Assembly (NCBI GenBank): GCA_030770535.1
Contig: JASVEC010000001.1
Coordinates: forward strand, 1,488,001 to 1,552,000
Source of the DNA: Batkoa obscura
Lineage: Eukaryota
DNA length: 64,000 nt
Direction: 5' to 3'
Of this stretch, positions 60,511 through 64,000 are shown piece after piece. Each line of letters begins with the position of its first letter. The stretch's first letter is position 1. Made by a program: the position numbers and the translations under genes. The notes beneath the pieces were generated by a model, which had not been told where the DNA came from, made no database searches, and saw only the letters and a program-made list of their open reading frames with translations.

Positions 60511-60870
60511 GAATTGGGAGTTAAGCTGGCCCTTTATATTAGGTTAAGAAAAGAGCTTTTGCAGCTCTTGATTTATAGTCTAATAGCATAATAAAATGAA
60601 AGTAATAAGACAAATATGTACTAAAATATAACTGATAGGACAAAAAATTAAAAGCCCAAATGAAATAACAAACCCGTGATATTTCAAAACAGCTAAATAA
60701 GGCAAATAAATGCCACGGTTATTTTTCATATTATTATTATTTCCCTCCCTTCCATTTTAATACAATTCCCATCTCTTAAATTAAGAAACTTGATTTTAAG
60801 TGTAAACCTTAATTTTTCTGTACAAAATAGTGTTTGGAAGTTTCCAAACCAAATTGAGCTGGATCAATAT

Positions 60871-60980
60871 GGGGATATATTTTTTTATTTAAGAATTTTA
60901 CTAGCAGTTTTTCCACTTTTTGAGCGCTATTTGAACGGAAAGATTGTTAGTAAAATTCTTGAACAAAAAAATATATCCCC
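60871..60980. mobile_element. MITE copy 16, palindromic chimera with two right arms
   Basis: The left ~43 bp is the reverse complement of the family right arm; ATAT flanks. Confidence 0.8.
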
Positions 60981-62057
60981 ATATGTCCTTAATTACATGG
61001 TTTTCTAAATGTTAATTATTACAATATTTAAATAAAGTACAAGTACTATTAGTAAAAATACGATTGTGTTCATTATCTGAATAGAATAAATGCCTTGTCT
61101 ATCTTAGGCTAGTTATTTTAATAAAATAACCTAATGTTTTATAATATGATTTTCACATTATTAGGATTCACAGATGTTTGAATTTAATTATAGGCCAAAA
61201 CTACCATATTGGAAACATTAATTTATGTAATATGACAGTATTTTTATTTAGAATATTCGGTGAAATATTAACACCTATTTATGACATCATCTATTACAAT
61301 AATATCATTCCCTGTCGCCATCTTCATCACCTTAATTAAGGCTATTTTGAGTCAATTTGATATATAACAATTATTGATAACCTGATACCCTAAATAAAGA
61401 ACAAGGGTTTATACAATATAAACAAATCTTTGTGAAAGTAAAACTAATTATACATTTCTTTTTAAAGTTTTATTCTTTTATAAGACTTTTATCTCTCATT
61501 TTTTAAACTTTTAGCTATACTTGGTATACTTTAACTAAAGACAAACTTTTTTTATTTCATTTATTTTTTTAAACTTTTTAATACAATGCCTATAAAAATT
61601 GTTCTAAAAATTAAAAAACAAAACTTTTAAAATTCATTTCTTAATAATCAATAATTAAAAAATATTTGTTTTTTTATTATTATGTTTAGTAGCATTATTT
61701 TAATGTCTATATTAAATACCACTTTTATAAGTATTTACTAAATTAGTTTATAAATCATTGCTAATAATAAAAAGTATTATATATAAAAAAACTAATTATA
61801 ATTAAAAAGCTAAATATAGAACTTAATTATTAAATAAAATATTAATATTTTTATAGCTTTGATAATAGTTTTAATAATATAATTTACTTAACTTTTATAA
61901 TCTTTTAATATAATTTTATTTTTTACTTTTTTTGTTAAACTAATTACAACATCTTTATTTTTTTAAAGTTTTTTTTTCTAATTTTTTAATTTTTTAAATA
62001 TTGATTTAATTATATTAAATATAAAAGTATAAAAAAGTACAAACTTAATTTTGTAGA

Positions 62058-62521
62058 TGTAGAATATTGCTTTATTAGCTCTTGGATTGATTATAACACA
62101 ACAATCACTTAAGTTGCTGTGTTCTCAAGTTCAAGCACAATCAAGTCAGAGTCCCTTACTTTGATTTGCTGCGGGAATTACTAACTTCATATTGCAAAGA
62201 ATATTATCTTCTCGTTTTAATATCCATACTTATTGAAGTATAAAAGAGATTCTTCAACATGATAACTCGATGCTTTTTAACTGAATTATTCCCTGATATC
62301 GTACTTTTAATAAAGCCACTAAGTTTTTCTGATAATATCTTACATAGATTTTACAGTAGTATTTTCTATTCTATTTGTTTTACATAGTTCGTAACTTATT
62401 ACGTATTATTCTTATTCATTTAAGTCTATCTTAGTTATATAAACTAAGACCTTTCGACTCAAGGCAAGTTAATCAACCAAGAACTGCTTTTAACTCCTAC
62501 CACTGAGTACCAACTTTCACA
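62058..62521 (+). mobile_element. Solo LTR, copy C
   Basis: 464 bp, colinear with copy B, TG...CA termini. Flanks TAGA/AATA do not form a clean TSD. Confidence 0.85.
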
Positions 62522-62791
62522 AATATTATAAAGCATAAATACTCACATTTATCAGCATTAATAATATTAATAACTGAAAAGTTAATAGATTTTTTTAAAG
62601 ATTTAGCTTGCCCAGGAATTTATTATAATTATATCCACTTTTATTTATAAAGATATCTTTTTTTTTATTTCTTTTTTTTAATTGCAAATTTATAGCAAAA
62701 GTAATTTTTTTGTTTTTAACCTTTAATAAATTAAGTATTTTTTACCAGAATTAATTTTTTTAAAGTAATTATTAATTTGTTATTAATATAT

Positions 62792-62886
62792 AAGGATATA
62801 TTTTTTTGTTTAAAAATTTTATCAATTTTTTATATTTAAATAGTGTTTAAAAAATTAAAAAAATGACAAAACTCAAAAAAACACTT
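62792..62886 (-). mobile_element. MITE copy 17 (decayed)
   Basis: AT-eroded reverse copy (TTTAAATAGTGTTTAAAAAA core). Confidence 0.55.
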
Positions 62887-63113
62887 ATATTTTTAAATTA
62901 TAAATAAACTTATGTTTATTAAAGCAATGACTAGTAAATGTTTTTATAATTTTTTTTATATTTGATCTAGTATCAAAATATTATTATTGTTTTATTATTT
63001 AATATCTTTTTTAAAAACTATAATGTTTATTATTAATTTTAGTGCTTTTTTTACTATTATAAAGTTTATACTTATATCTGCCTTTATTTTTATAACATTT
63101 AATAATATTATAT

Positions 63114-63212
63114 AGGGATGTTTTTTTTGGTTTCATCACTTTTTCCATTTTTTAAGTGCTATTTGAGCGGAAAGATTGTTAGTAAAATTCTTAAACAAAA
63201 AGATACATCCTC
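63114..63212 (+). mobile_element. MITE copy 18
   Basis: Family core and TIRs. Confidence 0.85.
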
Positions 63213-63243
63213 ATATACAGTTTGTATAATAAAATCATATCTT

Positions 63244-63742
63244 TGTGAAAGTTGGTACTTAGTGGTAGGAGTTAAAAGCAGTTCTTGGTTGATTAACTTG
63301 CCTTGAGTCGAAAGGTCTTAGTTTATATAACTAAGATAGACTTAAATGAATAAGAATAATACGTAATAAGTTACGAACTATGTAAAACAAATAGAATAGA
63401 AAATACTACTGTAAAATCTATGTAAGATGTTGTCAGAAGATTTAGTGAGTTTATTAATGATACATTATCAGGAGAGTAATTCAATTAAAAAAAGCCTCGA
63501 GTTATCATGTTGAAGAATCTCTTTTATACTCCAACAAGCACGGATATCAAAATGAGAGGATATCATTCTTGGCAATATGAAGTTAGAAATCCTCACAACA
63601 AATCAAAACAAGGAACTCTGTATTGATTATACCACATGGTTCACGGTTAAATTGATTACAAGACTACAACTAGTTTTGTAAACAAGTTCAATGATTATTA
63701 TTTTATAATTAATACGAGAGTTAAATAAAGCAATATTTCACA
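63244..63742 (-). mobile_element. Solo LTR, copy D
   Basis: 499 bp, TGTGAAA...TTTCACA, exact 4-bp TSD TCTT. Confidence 0.88.
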
Positions 63743-64000
63743 TCTTACTAATAAAGATTTAAGACTTTTAAATCCATTTAAATAATCTATAACTAAATTA
63801 TAATGTATTGTGGAATTTGTTTTATGCTTAAATCCTTTAATAGCTTGAGATTGATTTAACATTATAAAATAAAAAAATAAAAAATGGAAATAAATAAAAA
63901 TTAATATATTTATTATTAACTTTGATTAGATATTTTGATTATATTATAAGTTTATATCATTTTATTATAATTTTTAGATAATAAGTTTTATGTAATAATT

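Noticed and set aside
3308..63212. Recurrent ~98-bp sequence as a CRISPR or REP-like array
   Set aside because: Dispersed, both orientations, no regular spacers, no cas genes, eukaryotic context; TIRs indicate a MITE.
60790..63306. Track ORFs 60790-61008 and 63118-63306
   Set aside because: They read through MITE/LTR sequence; not genes.
63244..63320. tRNA-like A/B boxes (GGTACTYAGTGGTAG...GAGTCGAA) suggesting the ~480-bp repeat is a SINE
   Set aside because: TG...CA inverted termini, fixed 4-bp TSDs, internal TATA/AATAAA on the other strand and no A-tail fit a solo LTR better.

Overview
AT-rich eukaryotic genomic DNA with short (mostly ~45-60 nt) GT-AG introns and CTAAC-type branch points. 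It is almost certainly fungal. Gene content (secreted S1 protease, secreted tyrosinase, Zn2Cys6 factor) and composition suggest an early-diverging lineage such as Entomophthoromycotina (Conidiobolus-like); this is inference. About 28 protein genes are visible. Housekeeping genes: uS9m, XPA/Rad14, sHSP, MOCS2A, Naa50, P5CR, RRM, Cdc16-like TPR, Snf5, mL50, Ras. Enzymes: multicopper oxidase, serine protease, tyrosinase, P450, and an ODC homologue lacking the catalytic Cys/Asp. There are also many secreted orphans, one tRNA-Gln(CTG), a candidate ~330-nt structured ncRNA, 18 copies of a ~98-bp MITE and four solo LTRs (three with 4-bp TSDs). The most striking feature is a dispersed family of six secreted precursors (911, 2133, 32095, 39322, 43354 and an unannotated spliced gene at 46626). 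Each has a signal peptide, an L-x-[RKP]-R Kex2-type site and a C-terminal amphipathic [IL]P[IV][VIA]G motif. Three also expose an N-terminal H-[GE]-x-E-x-H plus Met-rich segment, amplified four-fold in a polyprotein. This is a candidate undescribed secreted peptide system (metal-binding and surface- or membrane-active). All functional calls come from motif recognition by eye; no database searches were run.
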